From Oopsacas minuta (Eukaryota > Animalia > Porifera), in assembly GCA_024704765.1 (NCBI GenBank), contig JAKMXF010000077.1, forward strand, positions 832,516-896,515: a stretch of 64,000 bases of DNA. Reading direction: 5' to 3'. Numbering within the stretch: position 1 is the stretch's first letter; the number at the start of each line of letters is the position of its first letter. Below are positions 27,002-41,311 of the stretch, piece by piece. Under the pieces are notes generated by a model. That model saw nothing but the letters and a program-made list of their open reading frames with translations. It had not been told where the DNA came from and ran no database searches. The translations under genes were made by a program, and so were the position numbers.

Positions 27002-27386
27002 TATTGAAAAGAAATAAATACAAATACAATCAGATAATCTCCATTTGAAATAGCAAATAATATTCTATTTATTTTAAGAAAATTTGAATTGTTAGACAGT
27101 ATATACGGAAAGTATTAATACATATACAATTATAAATTCTATAGAGATCTATGGAAACATGATTTTGGAAATTTCTGAATTTTACAAAATCTCTGCCTGA
27201 TAGAGAAAAATTGATTGGCTATTTGGAATCAGGATACTTGAATACATAAGAAACATAGCGTGTATTCCAGAAGCAAAAAATGATGAAAATTTGTTGGACA
27301 GTGTATTTGCATATGTTTCCCCTGATTTTAATTTATTTCCTGGTTTTCTTATACAATCTTTTGATAATCCAGGGAGAGTTTGCAAG

Positions 27387-30300
27387 CAGGCACGTAGCTA
27401 CGGGGGGGGGCAGTTGCCCCCCAAAAATTTTTCTTGCCCCCCCAGATAAATTTGAAAGTTTTTGTTTTTATATACAATGTAGTTAGCTTATTAGTAATAT
27501 TGCTCTATTAGCAACCAGCTTTTGGGTCCCAAACGGGCTTATAATGTTAATTTCGTTACCTTATTAGCGACCAAATTTCTTCAAAATCCTAGTGCTAATA
27601 AGCGAACTCCACTGTAGTTTATAGCCTATGTACTTCAACTGCATCGTCAAAACTATGACATTAATAACCCGCTCTGCGATGATGGTTTTAATACTAGACA
27701 GGAAGTAACGCTCATTGATAGTAAACTCGTTCTATTTTGACAGGCACTGAATTTCTACTATAATTTTAATTGAATTACCACAACCGCTAGCGATTGTTGT
27801 TAGAAGTTAGCCTGTCCATTGAAGTAATTGAAGCATTGGTAATGCTCTTAGGGTTTCAGTTTTCCAAGCTTGTTTTGAAATTTACACATGAGTGTAGCCA
27901 ATTTAAGATATTCTCTATAAGTTATAAAGTCATTCTAAATCATCATATCTTTCACATTTCTGTTCTTCAATCAGTTCAGTGACTCGTATCTCTAACAATT
28001 CTAAATGACTAAAAGACTACAACAAAGCAAAGTTCAGGCATATTTTAAAAGAAATCGAATAGAAATCGAAGATCATGTCGTCTCTTCAAATTATGGCGAG
28101 GTAGAGACTGTTGTTACGGGTCTTCAAGTTGCGACCCCTTTAACTTCCGATTCTTGTACAACTATTTCAACTCCGAGTTTAAACACGACTCATATACAAT
28201 CACCAATTGTGACTGTAAATGATTTGTCCAAAATGGGAGAAACCAAGGCAGCCTTCTATTATCTTCCCAAAAAATGAGGCCGGTAGACATTTTAGTACTC
28301 ATTGGTATGCCCAATTCTCCTGGATAGAGTATAGCAAAGAACTCGATGCTATATTTTGCAAACTGTGTTGGCTTTTTGGAGGATCAACAGCTGAAGCAAC
28401 GTTTTCAACAAAAGGACTTTGTGACTGGAGGAAACTTGGCAACAAGTGCAGAAAGCACGATAGTTCTGTGTGTCATATGGCAGGCAACTGTTGAAACACA
28501 GAAAGTCTGCGTAATTCATCAGATAATAGACACGGTTAATAAGCAACGGTATCCCAATTTTCGAAATGAGAAATTCATAGGTGATATTCGGAAACATTTA
28601 ATGACTGTTCTTGACATTATTACTTTTTGTGCCAAACAAGATATTCCTCTTCGAGGAGATGATGAATCAGATCAGTCGCTTAATAAAGGGAACTTTTTTG
28701 AAATATTAGAAATTTTAGGAAAATATGATAGCAATGTGACCAAGAGGATAGAAAGTCTTCCAGGAAATGCAAAAATGCTAAGCCCAGATATTCAAAATGA
28801 TTTGTTTACATCACTCGCTTCAGTGCTTCTAGACTATGTTAAAAGTGAAGTAGAAATCGCGTCTTGTTATGCTATTCTAGCTTAATGAAGTAAAAGATGC
28901 ATCTAAGAAGGAGTTGTTAGGTACTTCTTTGCGATATATCCATAAAGGTAATGTCCGAGAAAGAGCTATGGCTTTATTGAATTAAAGGACATGGATGCGG
29001 GTACCATCTCTGAAAAACTGATAGAGCTACTTAAGCCTTTTGAAGTCGATCCTCTGAAATGTGTAGGGCAGGGTTACGACGGGGCTAGTGTTATGTCAGG
29101 AATACACGGTGGTGTCCAAGCCCGCATGAAAGGAGCAGGTTATCGCAGTGCCACATATGTTCATTATGCTTCACATAGGCTTAACTTAGTATTAGCTGCA
29201 ACTGCTGAACGACGTCCTCTGATGAAATCTTTCTTTGATATATTGGATTTGACGTATTCGTTCATGAATGGAACAAAGCGACATGCAGTTTTCATAGACG
29301 TCCAGGATGAGCGCTATCCCAACGTCCAAGCTCTTGAATTAGCACGTTCATGTAGTACTCGTTGGTCTCCCGTTCTTTGAAGCTGGAAAGGTTTCTGAGT
29401 CGGTTTGATTGCATACTTGATACTTTAAGCATATTTGATAATGATAATGATGCAAACACAAGTTTAGCAGCTAAATCTTTACAAGGTAGTCTACAAACAA
29501 AGAAATTTATGACCATCTTAGTTTACTTTGGTAGGCTGTATGATTACTCTGATTTTTGCACTAAAGCTTTTCAGAAGTCGAAAGCAACTGTTTCTTCTTG
29601 TTTGATATTACTTGCCGATCTGAGGGAAAGGTTGGTCAATTTCGATTTTGACAAGGTTGTCGAATATGCCAAAGATTTGTCCGGTAAATATGCAATCGAA
29701 AATGTTGATGTAAGAGATACAATCAGCAGCGGCGTCTTCCAGAAATGTTTAGAGAAGGATATCTAAATAGTTCTGTTGGACACATAAACGCATCCAACTT
29801 TGAAGAGCTTGGAATATTGTTACGCCAAAATGTCCGCGAGATCTCATCAGAATTGGATGCCCGTTTTGTTGCAGATCAATCAGGCATCATGAAGGCTGCT
29901 GATTGTTGCTTACCAAGGTCTCAAAACTTTCTTAACAAACAGGAAATGAATACACTGTCTGAACTGTATGCAATAGATATCAAAGATTGTGAGGTAGAAG
30001 TTTTCGTTCGTTTATTGCTCGGAAAGATGAATCTCAGCTAAATACTTTGATCGATGTACTGGATGTGATTGACAAAGATATTTTCCCTGATGTTTTCAAC
30101 TTATACCAAATTCTTGTGACTATCCCTCAGACGTCTTGTAAGGTTGAGCGAATGTTCTCATCTGTTAAGAGAATAAAAGACGTTTGGGCTCACAAATGAC
30201 CACTGAGCGTCTCAACCATCTTGCTTTGTTATCTATTGAAAAATATTGCAGAAACACTTTGTTATAATGATGTGATTGAACATTTTAAGCAGATGAACCA

Positions 30301-30568
30301 CCGCCACTTTCTTTTGTAATGTCAAATAGTATCCCTGAATTGAGTTTAGTATCTTAATAAATGCTCTTACTATAAAGTAGACTAGTCCAGTGTTCGCTAG
30401 CTTAGTACTCTGGTACTTTAAGAATTAAAAAGGTTATACATGTAAGAAAAGGAGACTGGGTTATACTTGTTATACACAAGTAGTTAACTTTTCAAAAATA
30501 TTCATCCCTGCATTGCCCTCCCGAAATACTTCTCGCCCCCTGAATGTCTTGCTCTAGCTACGTGCCTG
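27387..30568 (+). mobile_element. hAT transposon, ZMYM1-like/TTF zinc-finger transposase, frameshifted
   Basis: TIR caggcacgtagcta at both ends. 8-bp TSD tttgcaag / tttgctag. Motifs WIEYS..DAIFC, LRGDDES..NKGNF, GQGYDGASVMSG, HYASHRLNL, TRW and the C-terminal ERMFSSVKRIK. Confidence 0.92.
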
Positions 30569-31233
30569 TTTGCTAGTGTGCTAAATTCAATTTTTTTGAA
30601 TTGAATATTCACCCTCAATTAGGTCCTAGGGGAGGAGGCGAGCGTGACATTGATCCATGATCTGACTATCTTGGGAACGTCCCAGTTTATGTTTATGCAT
30701 TATTATTTTTGAATTATTACCACATTATATCACATTGGTGTTTACCCGGACACAACTAAATCCAACTAACTTGACAAAGCCAATATCACAGTGGGATATG
30801 CATAGATTGAGCATTGATCAGCCAAAGTTTCTGCTTTAGTTTGAAAGATCCATTCTTTTGATTCAAACTGATAATATTACTTCCGATAATTATTTAAATG
30901 GATATTTTCTTCATAACTGACTAACAACTGCCTCAACTTCTTTATAACCATAGATTGCATGGATATCGGAATTATTGTGACATGTAAGTAATTCACAAAA
31001 TGGCATAATGTTGTGAAATTTGTCACATTCCTCCGTTTCTATGTAATAGTTTTAATAGATTCTAGCACTATATGAGAAATTTTGATGACAGAGCTCTAGA
31101 TTTGATACTAATGTCTCCGCAATGTGCGACTTCCTATAATTGAATATATAGTTTAGATAGTTAGCTCTAACGGTTATTATGTTTTTCCGTCATATCAGGA
31201 CTAATCTTATATTGCAAGTTTCTTCATTATTTA

Positions 31234-32534
31234 CGAGGGTCAGTCCAAAGGTTTGTCGTACGCAAAAAATATAACAATAAATTTCATCAAACTTTTCACA
31301 GTTTCTCAAAGTGAAGACCACAACAATCAATGCTAAGTAGCATACGATGGAACCAACTGTCGAAACAATTATGCCATTTTCCTCTGGCAGGCCCCAAAGG
31401 CCTCCTCAAATGCCAGACGAGCCTCTTCAGGACTCTCAAATCTTATTCCACGGATCTTTTCCTTGATTGTTGGGAACAAGAAAAAGTCGCATGGAGCTTA
31501 ATCTGGACTGTAAGGTGGATGCGATACCAACTGGACCGAATTTTCAGCCAGGAAGTCCAATGTTTTGGCTGCTGTGTGTGCAGATGCATTATCGTGGTGA
31601 AGGAGAAGTCCTCTGATACCGGTCTTAGGGCTACGAGAACTCCAAGCTTCGAAAGCCTTGGGCAGGCAATTGTTAATGTACCAATCAGCATTGATGGTAC
31701 TATGATCCTCGAGAAGAATTATTGCTACTGGGCCAGTCTTACAGAAAAAAGCAGCCACCATCTTCTTCCCAACGCTGCGAGCCCGCGAACTTTAACAGGG
31801 GGATCTTCGCCAGGAAACGCGCAGATTGAAGATTGCCGCTTTGTTTCTGGATCATACTGATAGATCCATGTCTCATCACATGTTAGTAGGTCTTAAACTT
31901 GTTTAGACTCTCCTCCTTTATATTTCTTGAGCATAAACCTGCACCATTCTACCCTTGCCTCTAATTGCATTTCAAAGAGATAATGAGGGATCCATCGGGC
32001 CGCAAGCCTTATGACACCAAGATAATCATGTAGAATAGTATTGATGGCGGCTTTCCCGATCTTTAGGGTCTCAGCAAACTGCTCATAGTTAATGCGGCTA
32101 TCCTCTCTGACTAATGTCTCGGCAGCAGCAATAGTCTCTGGAGTGACGGCGGTTGAAGGTAGCCCAGACCTAGCCTCATCTTGTAATGACGTTCTCTCCC
32201 TCCTGAAATCTAGATACCAACGCTCCACTGTACACTTAGATGGAGCTTGATCTTGGAAAGCTTCCACCAAGTTATCATGACTCTGCTCCACTGATATCTT
32301 ACGCATAAAGTCATAAAACATCATGGCTCTAAAATCCCTTCTTTCCAGTTCCATTCAGTAATAATATAATCTGTATATATGCTTATGGATAAAATAGCGC
32401 TACTCAGAAAATAAGATTTGAATATAACTGAAATTAATTGTAGTCATTATATAAATCTAAGTATATAGGGTTGTAGTTATTTGATGCAGACAAAATAGAA
32501 TCTTTGTATGACGAAACTTTTGGACTGACCCTCG
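31234..32534 (-). mobile_element. mariner (DD34D) element, different subfamily, defective
   Basis: TA flanks. TIRs cgagggtcagtccaaa. Motifs WIPH, TCDETW, HHDNASAH...YSPD*APCD with 34-residue spacing. Two stops and a frameshift. Confidence 0.95.
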
Positions 32535-34744
32535 TATCATCAATTAAAGCTATATACCAAAACACTATTATTCAAGTAGCGTAATTTTTTATTCATTATT
32601 ATCAAATCTAGAGTTTTTATCATCAGTATTTTCAGTTATCACTAGAATATGTTTCAATGCGCTTGCATTGCAACCGAGGCTGTGTCGAAATTACATCTAC
32701 ATTTCACATAATTTAGGAAAAACTTACATGTTACAATAATTACATTCAAGGATAGTAGATTATTCCTTTGTAAAATAAACTCAAATTCGGGCTCCAAATT
32801 TGGCCAAAATAGTCCTAAAAGCCTATGACGGAATCAAATGATGACAAATTCAAAATTATACGTGGTACACATGCTTTGATACCATTTATGTATGTATTAG
32901 TACTGCATTTAAGTGCGTAACTTACACAGTGAATGTGATGAGCACCTCAATAATATAATGTAGATATCTATATGAATCCATGCCATCAATTTTTATACAA
33001 GAAATTTATAGTTTTGAGTAAGTTTTCCCACATAAATATATTTCAAATAATATCATCGCATTTGACAATATATCGAGGTTAGATTCACTATCATCAAAAT
33101 TTAGATAAAAATGTTGATTAGCTTTACTTAGGCCCTCAATGTTAGAATCTCTCAAATTTGACTATTATTATTAATACCCAAAATCTTCTAAAATAGTGAA
33201 AATGCTGGTAGCCAAATGCGAGTATCCTCTTGGAGGTGTTGATCATTTTATTTTAAGAATTGTAAGAATCCTCCCTTTCGATTAAATTTGATATTTAGTA
33301 ATTTTAGCAAATGTCAGGGGAAGCCCGGAGGCTTACCTGGGGTTCCTGTAGGTGTGATCCGGACTTATCCTGATGCTTATGGATACTTTGAAACGTTTTA
33401 GCTAACCTTCGTCGAAATTTTCGAACTGTCTTTTGAAGTCTTGATGTACAGTTATGGGCGATTCAAAATTTAATTTCGTGTCCCGGTTCCCCAGTTTCAG
33501 GGGTCCTGATTTATTTCTTCCTGGTTCCCAAAGTGCCAGAGAAAAGTTACAACGTCACATGTAGAGCCTAAATATATATTTATCTTGGAGTATTACATAA
33601 CTGTCATTTATGCCGCACAATATCAAACATCTCACTATCGAATTGCCCTTTTGCTACAGATTATTTGGAGTTGATGGTAGTGAATTAACTAATCTATACA
33701 AATATTGCATAGATTCGGTCTGGATTTCTCCTTATAGTTCAATTTTCCAAATTCTCTGTTGTTTAGAGGCTGTATCTTATGTGTAACCATGTAAATATAT
33801 TATATGTTAATAAGCATCTTTTTTTGCAATTTTAATTTATTCACTCTCTTTAACAAATTTGGTTATTCCCAGTCGATCTTTTGCAGTATGCTTACTGCTA
33901 CAGCTCTTCGCAACCTGCGGCAATATCTTCTGTACTTCATGCCTCGGATTTTTCTTAATTATGGAACGGCTAAATTTCTCATTGTGATTTTGATCGCTAT
34001 CAAGGTATATACTTGGTGATATGTACGACAAATATATAAACAGGGGAATTATAAAGAATATATTGTTCATGGTCCTGCCAAATTACTTTGTACCTTTTCC
34101 TGTGGTTCCACTGTTTCTGCTACCTAGGTTTGGCTTATTCATCTGTTATTCATTCGTCGAGTATTTCGAATTCTCAATTTTGAAATTTGGAAAATTTTTC
34201 ATTTTGTTAAGGCTGTTAACATAATAGTGCCATGGTGAGTCAGCATTTGGGCAAAGTGACGAAGTCCAGACATTTCGCCTAATGTGGGGTACCTTTGATT
34301 GAAATTTCATCTATCTATCATACTTATTGGCTAAGCAGTGTTATTTATGTGATTTTTCGATAATCAAAAATTGTGACAATTGTTCATAATTTCGTCATAC
34401 ATGTGAATTTTGTTTCAAGACGCGAACTTGTCGGAGCCAGGCACAAATTACACTCAAACGCCAAAGCTAGTCCCTTTTCAGGCCTCTGTCTTCAGTTTCT
34501 TGACTCAATTCTGAATTTACCTACAGATTCATATTTGACTATACCTTTTATATCCCAGGTTTACGAAATTGTTTTGTTGGTATCGATAAGTAATTCATTT
34601 CCTTAGCTAACATCTAAATGCCTATTTTCACCTGCTGCCAATTTAACCCACTGTGGTTCCCATCCTTGATTCAGGTTATTTGTTTGTATCGGTTAAATGT
34701 GCATTTCAATATTTTAACGTTACCATATTTTTCATTTCATTTAG

Positions 34745-35496
34745 CTGCTGTGCACCTCCTGGATTATGACCGTTTGGTTAACTTTGGTGGGCTTCCAACT
34801 CTTGACTCCTCGCGTATTAAGTTAGAAGCAGACTCGTTTAGCATTCTTTTTGATAATATACATGCTACTGTATTCTTAGAGGCAAATTTTATGGATCTTG
34901 GAATAAAGCTTTCTCTAAACGAACACGCAGGTGAGCATGAAATCCTTAAAGATCACGACATATTAGCCTTAGAAAGTTACTTCCATTCGAGTAAAATTAC
35001 AGCGCCAATGTTCAGTAGTAATGCCTTATGTTGCTATCTGAAACTAATGAGTTCTCATGCAAACCTTATTCAAACTGCAGCATTTATCTTCCGAAATTTC
35101 AAGAATCCACCAAGTGATTGGTTATGGCAACCAGAACTTTGCCTTACTGTACCTGAACATTCACTAATCATGCCTTCTGATGATTTGTCAATAAATCCTG
35201 GATTTACTTGCTTGTTTAGTTTTGCAATCAAGAAGATGTACATGCTATATTTGAGATTTTTACCATTGAAACAAGATCATGGTCCCATTCTTGATCTCAT
35301 ATTCATCTATGATTACAAACTGAATAGAATTGACATGAAAACTTATGGTATATCAACACCTGGAAATTTTGATTTAATTGGTTCTTCCATCCGTCATATC
35401 TTAAGTAAGGTTAATTCAAATATTTCTGAGACCGACGATGCAGAATGTTCCCTTTTGTTAGCTGTTAAAGAGATCTCTAAACATTTGGAAATTTAA
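34745..35496 (+). CDS. MED14: Probable 3' exon of Mediator subunit 14
   Basis: LESYFHSSKITAPMFSSNALCCYLKLM, WQPELCLTVP, KMYMLYLRF, IFIYD and ECSLLLAVKEISKHL parallel the metazoan MED14 C-terminus as I recall it ([64 protein letters not shown]). Pyrimidine-rich acceptor ttcatttag ends at 34744, so ORF residues before that are probably intron. Divergent; matched by eye. Confidence 0.7.
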
Positions 35497-37214
35497 TTGT
35501 TGAATATTTAAATTGTATAATTATATTTACTATTGTAGTCATCTATAATTGTACAACTTTGCCCTGCTTTTCGAGAGGATTGCTGTGCATAATTCACGAG
35601 ATGTAGGGGTTTTCTCATTAACAAAAATTTACCTAAATGATTGCATCCTTAGAATATTACGGATATACTTATATAAGACTCTCTTTCGCCGCTGCTTTGA
35701 GGCAGGATTCTACTAGTTACACCATTGTAATCCGAATCTAGGAAGTTATTACCTTCAAATATCTGAACAACCGTTGTTCAATATTTATGCTATTATATAA
35801 ACCTTTTTCCATACATGTATATAATCTTTTACTTATATTATTACCGATAATTTCCTAAATTGGCATTGTGATTTGATATACAATCTACTCTGCTTAATTG
35901 GGTCACCGGTTAATCCAGAAAATCGTTTAATTGGAACAAATTTCCAGAAACGGAATCATTTCCATTAAACTTAATGCTCAAAACGTTCTGTTAACCGTGA
36001 TAACCGTGTGAACAGTCTATCTTTTCTCAAGTCTATAATTCTCTTGATTTAGGAAATCCAAATATGCTGAATAGATGGACAAAATTTGGGATTATTTTTG
36101 GCAAATCAATCCTTTTATTAGGTTTGCTTACTTTGCTTTCAATAATGTTTCACTAAAGGTACCAAACTATCCTCAAATGTCAAATTCAGATCATTGGAGT
36201 GTTAGTCTCCGCCATACGCATACAGTGGTTAAATTACTTTATGGTTTATGGCCCATAAATATATTTTCGGGTAATTTGGAACTCCGCTTCAGGAAAAAAG
36301 GGCTGGAACCAATAGGTCCCCTTTTATCGGAGTTGAATGTACACTATTTAATAATTAGGCACTCTGGACAGCTTATTTGCATTGAATTTCCAGTATAGCC
36401 TATACAGAGATATGACAATTACGTCATAAATTCGTTATATGTGTGAATTTTGGTCCAAGTCTCGACCTTGTCAGAACCAGTGCAAAAATGGCCCAGTATA
36501 TCCAAAATCAGCCCCTTGTGTATTCAAGTTCTTGAATTAATTTGAAACATACAAACAGATATATTTGTTTATATAGATACTACCTATATCTCTACAATTA
36601 AATCGAAATTGTTTTATGTGCACATCAAGGATTTTCTAGAGTGCGGAAGCTCCTCAATGCCTATGATTTTTGATGAACTTGTATTTGGTGCAAATTGATT
36701 ATATTTCCCCTATACCATAACACTGATTTACTTGTTTGGGCGTAAGCAGATTCGGGAGGAGCATGGTGGAGAAATCCTATAAACTTCCGTGTATGTGTAT
36801 AATTATGTCAAGTATTATTTATATATCTTTCTATTTGGAATTAATAGAAGATGCTGGAGGACTCCAGGTATTATTTTGGCATACAGAGGTATTTGGGCAT
36901 CCCTCAGACCTGTTTGAGTCTTGGACAAAAACTCACAATAATGACGAAATTATGACGTAAGTATTTTGGATTTTGAGAAAACACATTATCAGCCATTACT
37001 CAGCCAATATACATCATAGACATTTGGAAATTTAACCAAATATGTCAATATATATTCCAAATGTCCTGACGACATTAGTGTTATAATTCCAACTTATAGT
37101 ATGGTTCGAAATCCCGAAAGTGAGCTAGAAATTGGGTGTTGAGTCATTTGTTGTTGACTTTAAGGGAATCAGTGTTATTATGATAATTCGAACCTGCTGA
37201 GTCCGAGAATAGCT

Positions 37215-37497
37215 GTTCACATGCTGAAATATGACGTATTAACCTTCAAAATATCTATTCTTGCGGCTGTCGAAGAATATTTGATATCTCCCCATGCGAT
37301 AACCTTTTTAAAATATCATTGAATCAACTTTTAGCCACCAGATTCGTACTCAGCATAAAATTATCACAATTTTACGGTTCGCTTGACCTTATTAGGACTT
37401 ATATTTTTCTCTAGCAACGCAGGAATGTAGTGACATTTCATTCTCTAATTCGTCCCAGCCCTATCGAGTCGCCCCTTGTTCGACGCCGCTAGGCTGT
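37215..37497 (-). repeat. About 285-bp repeat; inverted partner of 40344-40635
   Basis: Its reverse complement aligns with 40344-40635 (for example agcctagcggcg..gaacaagg, gcgttgctagagaaaaa, gctgagtac.aatctggtgg), clearly diverged. Confidence 0.75.
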
Positions 37498-37527
37498 TTC
37501 TGTTTATGCACACACGGACCCGCTACT

Positions 37528-39866
37528 CAGTGTTACTCAAACTTTTTCACTAACTGTCCTAATTCGTTCATATATTCCCAGCCCCCCTTCTCGTATTACT
37601 GACTAAACATACTATAACAAATTTGGACCACACATTTATTAGTATGTTTATGTATCAATTTTAATAGTATATGGAGGACTATAATTCACTCGCAGTTATT
37701 TTATTTTTTCTGATGTTCCTGATTAATGGGATCCCAGAAATTGGTGCTACCAACAATCTTTGCCACATCTGGTTCAATTTTAGTTAAAATTCAACGCAAA
37801 TCGCCTAATTTCGTGATTTGCAATCTCTTTCGCTGTTGGTTTGTAGTCTCATTACTGCCCCAAAGCGCTTCTCAACTAAGTATGAAGTAGGAAATTCAAG
37901 AATTGGAAGCCTCGTCCTCGGCCACAATAAGGGTAAGCAAAAATATTCTTCGTTTACACCCAAAAGCTTGAATACCAAATTTATCAAATTCTATTCGAGT
38001 TTAGAGATCTGCTTGCAGCTCAGAGTTGCTCTTGAATTTCTAACTCCACCACCTGTAGTTTTGTATACGTATATGGGCGCATTACCCAAACTGGTACGGT
38101 TATTTGGATTCAAGCCTTAAATCGGATTAGCATGTCTTCACTCATTGGTCGAGATACGAAGCAAATGTTCGTATTTGTCTGTCAGTTATATCAGGAACTC
38201 CTTGCAGAGAAGGGAACTGGCAAACTCTCTACGACAGATATTCTAATTATACAAAGCTAGTTTGCTTATGAAAGTTACAACAACTGACTTCGTTTTGATT
38301 AATATATTGTCCTTGAAGCTTTAGATTTAACAAATTCAACTTACCAAATATGCAAAATAAGGAAAGCGATATCATGGTGTCATATTATATTTCATCCGAC
38401 AGTTCGAGATTCAAACCATCCAGAAACTGGACTATGGTATCAAATAATTCAATGAACCGTTTTAAGCAGTTTCTCTTTGACAACCATCTGACTTCTGTGT
38501 GAAGGATTAGTCGTTCGAAATGTTCATCATTCTCATAACAAACCTGTTGAAAGAGACGAACTTTTAGTGCTCGTGTTTTGATACTATTAATTGCGGTGAT
38601 GACAATTTGAAATGAAGAATTAGCTGATCAAAAACTTCTTGGCTACCAAGTGTTGAAGGTGTATTACTCAATATATGAAAATATGTTACGAACTGCTGCC
38701 TTTAATAGAGCAATAAATCCACAAGAGCAACCAATTATTGAAGGAGTACCATCCGTTGAGCATGCCACAATGATCGGCAAGTGTATTATGTAATGTTCAA
38801 AAATGATTTAGCCACTTCAAATATAGATTCCCCCCTAGTATCGGTATCTAATGATTTGGCAAATAGTAACTCTTCCAATGCTGCTCCGTCTTTGTAAAAT
38901 GTACGTATCCAAGGAATAGTGCTTCATTGTCACAAAGAGTTGAGTCATCCAGTCGTAGGCTAAATATTGTAGTTTAGAGGATGATAATTAACTGAAGTTT
39001 CCACATCACTCGCGATCTCTTCAATTCTCCTAGTAACTGTATCATTACTCAAGGGATGGATCTAAGAATCTGGGTGGCAGTTTGGTTCATCACAGTCTCG
39101 CCAATACTATGTTGTTTCACATCTTTCTAAATTAATTTGAAATATTGTAGGAAGCTAACATTCCCTCTTTGTTCTTAGTATTTCCTTTCTTAAACATGTT
39201 AGAGTATTTCGTTTCATTATTTATGCCTTAAAATTTCCGAAAAAAGCAATGTCTTTGTTGCTATGGAGGATGTTTTATCGAAAAATGTTCTTTCAGTCTT
39301 GATGATTTCATTACTTCATTGGAAAAACTTGTTCGCAAATCACGTACAAATAATCGACGGAATAATGCCGACATTTGTTTCACCAGAAGTAACCATTTTG
39401 TTCTTCGCAATTTGATATAATTGGTGATATGGTACATCATAGATATATTCGGAAATTTCTAATATTTCTAATACTATTCCTCCAATCTTGTGTATACAAT
39501 TTCGAGGTAAATCAACGTCGTATGGAGCGCTAATGATATATTTACAATATGAATCCTGTTTTAATTTCATTGTGCTAAGCAAGTATAATTTTCTATTCAT
39601 TTATAACAGTTCACTGTAAATAAATTCGAACAAGTGCCTTTGTAATTGACTGGTTCGACAATGGAACCTGAATAAGCTTTTTATCATGATACTATACAAT
39701 ATGTAATCCTCTATTTATCATATTAAATCTTCCATCCCAAATAACACAGTAATTATGATTTAAAATATTCTCCTAGCCCCCCCTCACCGTCCCCTTCGAA
39801 CCTAGCGCTGCCATATGCTCTCCGAACTCCCCCGGTAGGAAGCAGAACCACAGTTGTGAACTATTG
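37528..39866 (-). mobile_element. Degenerate Buster-type hAT (ZBED5/ZBED8-like transposase)
   Basis: Left end cagtgttactcaaac. Minus-strand IPLSNDTVTRRIEEIASD, LDDST, CSTDG, LHTEVRWLS and LVIPTSYLVE-like traces. Right end uncertain and no clean TSD. Confidence 0.78.
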
Positions 39867-40343
39867 CTCGAACTGATTTATTAGCACTATATTTTGATCG
39901 ACCTCAACGGTCCCCTCAATTTGTCTTGCATTAAAGATAACTTGTTTTCATGGGAATAGAGGATTTCTACACAGTGGGTAGTCGTTTCATTGTCTCAGAC
40001 TACCACCGGCCTGCCAGTGAATAGAATATCTGTTATCCCCATTAAAACAAGTCATCTTTCAGGGTAAATCATAAGATGTGAGTAAATCATAAGATGTAGG
40101 TAATATATACTAATCAAACTACACGTTTCAGCATGAATATTTGGGCCAGTTACAGAGATCTAGACCATATGGTAAATGAATAAATTTGAAACTACTTATT
40201 TAACAAAACCGACAATAATATCGTGTATTCATCTTAATTTATATGAAATTTCTCAAAAAATTGGGAGACTATTGAGGTAGATCCAATATAATCGTAATAA
40301 TAAATCAGTTAGATGGTTGTATGTGAGTAACTAGACTTAGATA

Positions 40344-40635
40344 GCCTAGCGGCGGCGAACAAGGGTCACCAGATAGGGTTAGGACAAATTTTGAGAATGG
40401 GGTGTCACTAAATTCCAGCGTTGCTAGAGAAAAAATCTATCCTAATATGGCCAAGTGACCCGTAAAATGGGGGAAACTTTAGGCTGAGTACAAATCTGGT
40501 GGTTAAAAATTGACTAGATGATTTTTGAAAAGGTTGTCCCATGGGCGATATATCATAATTTCCTCGACAGCCGCTGTTAAAAAGATACTTATTGGAGGTC
40601 AATACGTCATATTTACACTTGTGAAATAGCAATTT
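40344..40635 (+). repeat. About 285-bp repeat; inverted partner of 37215-37497
   Basis: Same alignment as described for 37215-37497. Confidence 0.75.
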
Positions 40636-41311
40636 CGAATATTTATCCCCAAAGATTGGTTCCCAAAAATTAGCAACAAATGCCTTGCACCTCTAATTTC
40701 AGTCAATTGAGCCAGATAATTGGCATCTAATTATTAACTTATCATGACAGTACAAAACACAATATACTTACTACTCGGAGTGCGTAGTTGACAGTTTACT
40801 AGCTAATAGCCACTTATCAGCTCCAAAGAAGGTCTTTAACTGTCATTAAGGTTTACCATTGATAACAAAAATATTAAAACTCCAGCTATTTTGTGAATTA
40901 GAGTCCTGTAGCGTTAAAGATAAATTGCTGCTTAGCTAATAACTACAATAAGAAATTTAGCTGTTAAATACCTACACCTGTCGAACTAAGCGGTCGCACA
41001 TCATCTTAGCAAGAACAACGCGCTAGTCTACTATTAAAATATTTATCTCTGTTATATGCATGCATATAGAGTGGAGTTTCCCAAAACGGACACTCCGAAA
41101 AGCATACAACACCTCTACAACGGACAAGCTCAGAACGAAATAAGTTAATAATTCATGTAACTGATACTTACTCAATCTCTAAGAAGTGGACATCTCAGCT
41201 ACAAATGAAATATCTAATCCCCAATAAATCCGTCATTGGGAGAATCCACTGCGTATATATTGTGTTGTAATAGTATAGATTAAAAGTTAAGTCCATAGCT
41301 ATTAACAATTA

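Noticed and set aside
31330-31860. 176-aa plus-strand ORF and similar antisense ORFs (for example 2860-3051, 15404-15646, 16111-16428, 56019-56966)
   Set aside because: These are shadow frames opposite transposase or other relic coding sequence.
34618-34744. First 42 codons of the 292-aa ORF as real coding sequence
   Set aside because: The stretch is T-rich, ends in a canonical acceptor and shows no MED14 similarity. It is more likely intron read-through.
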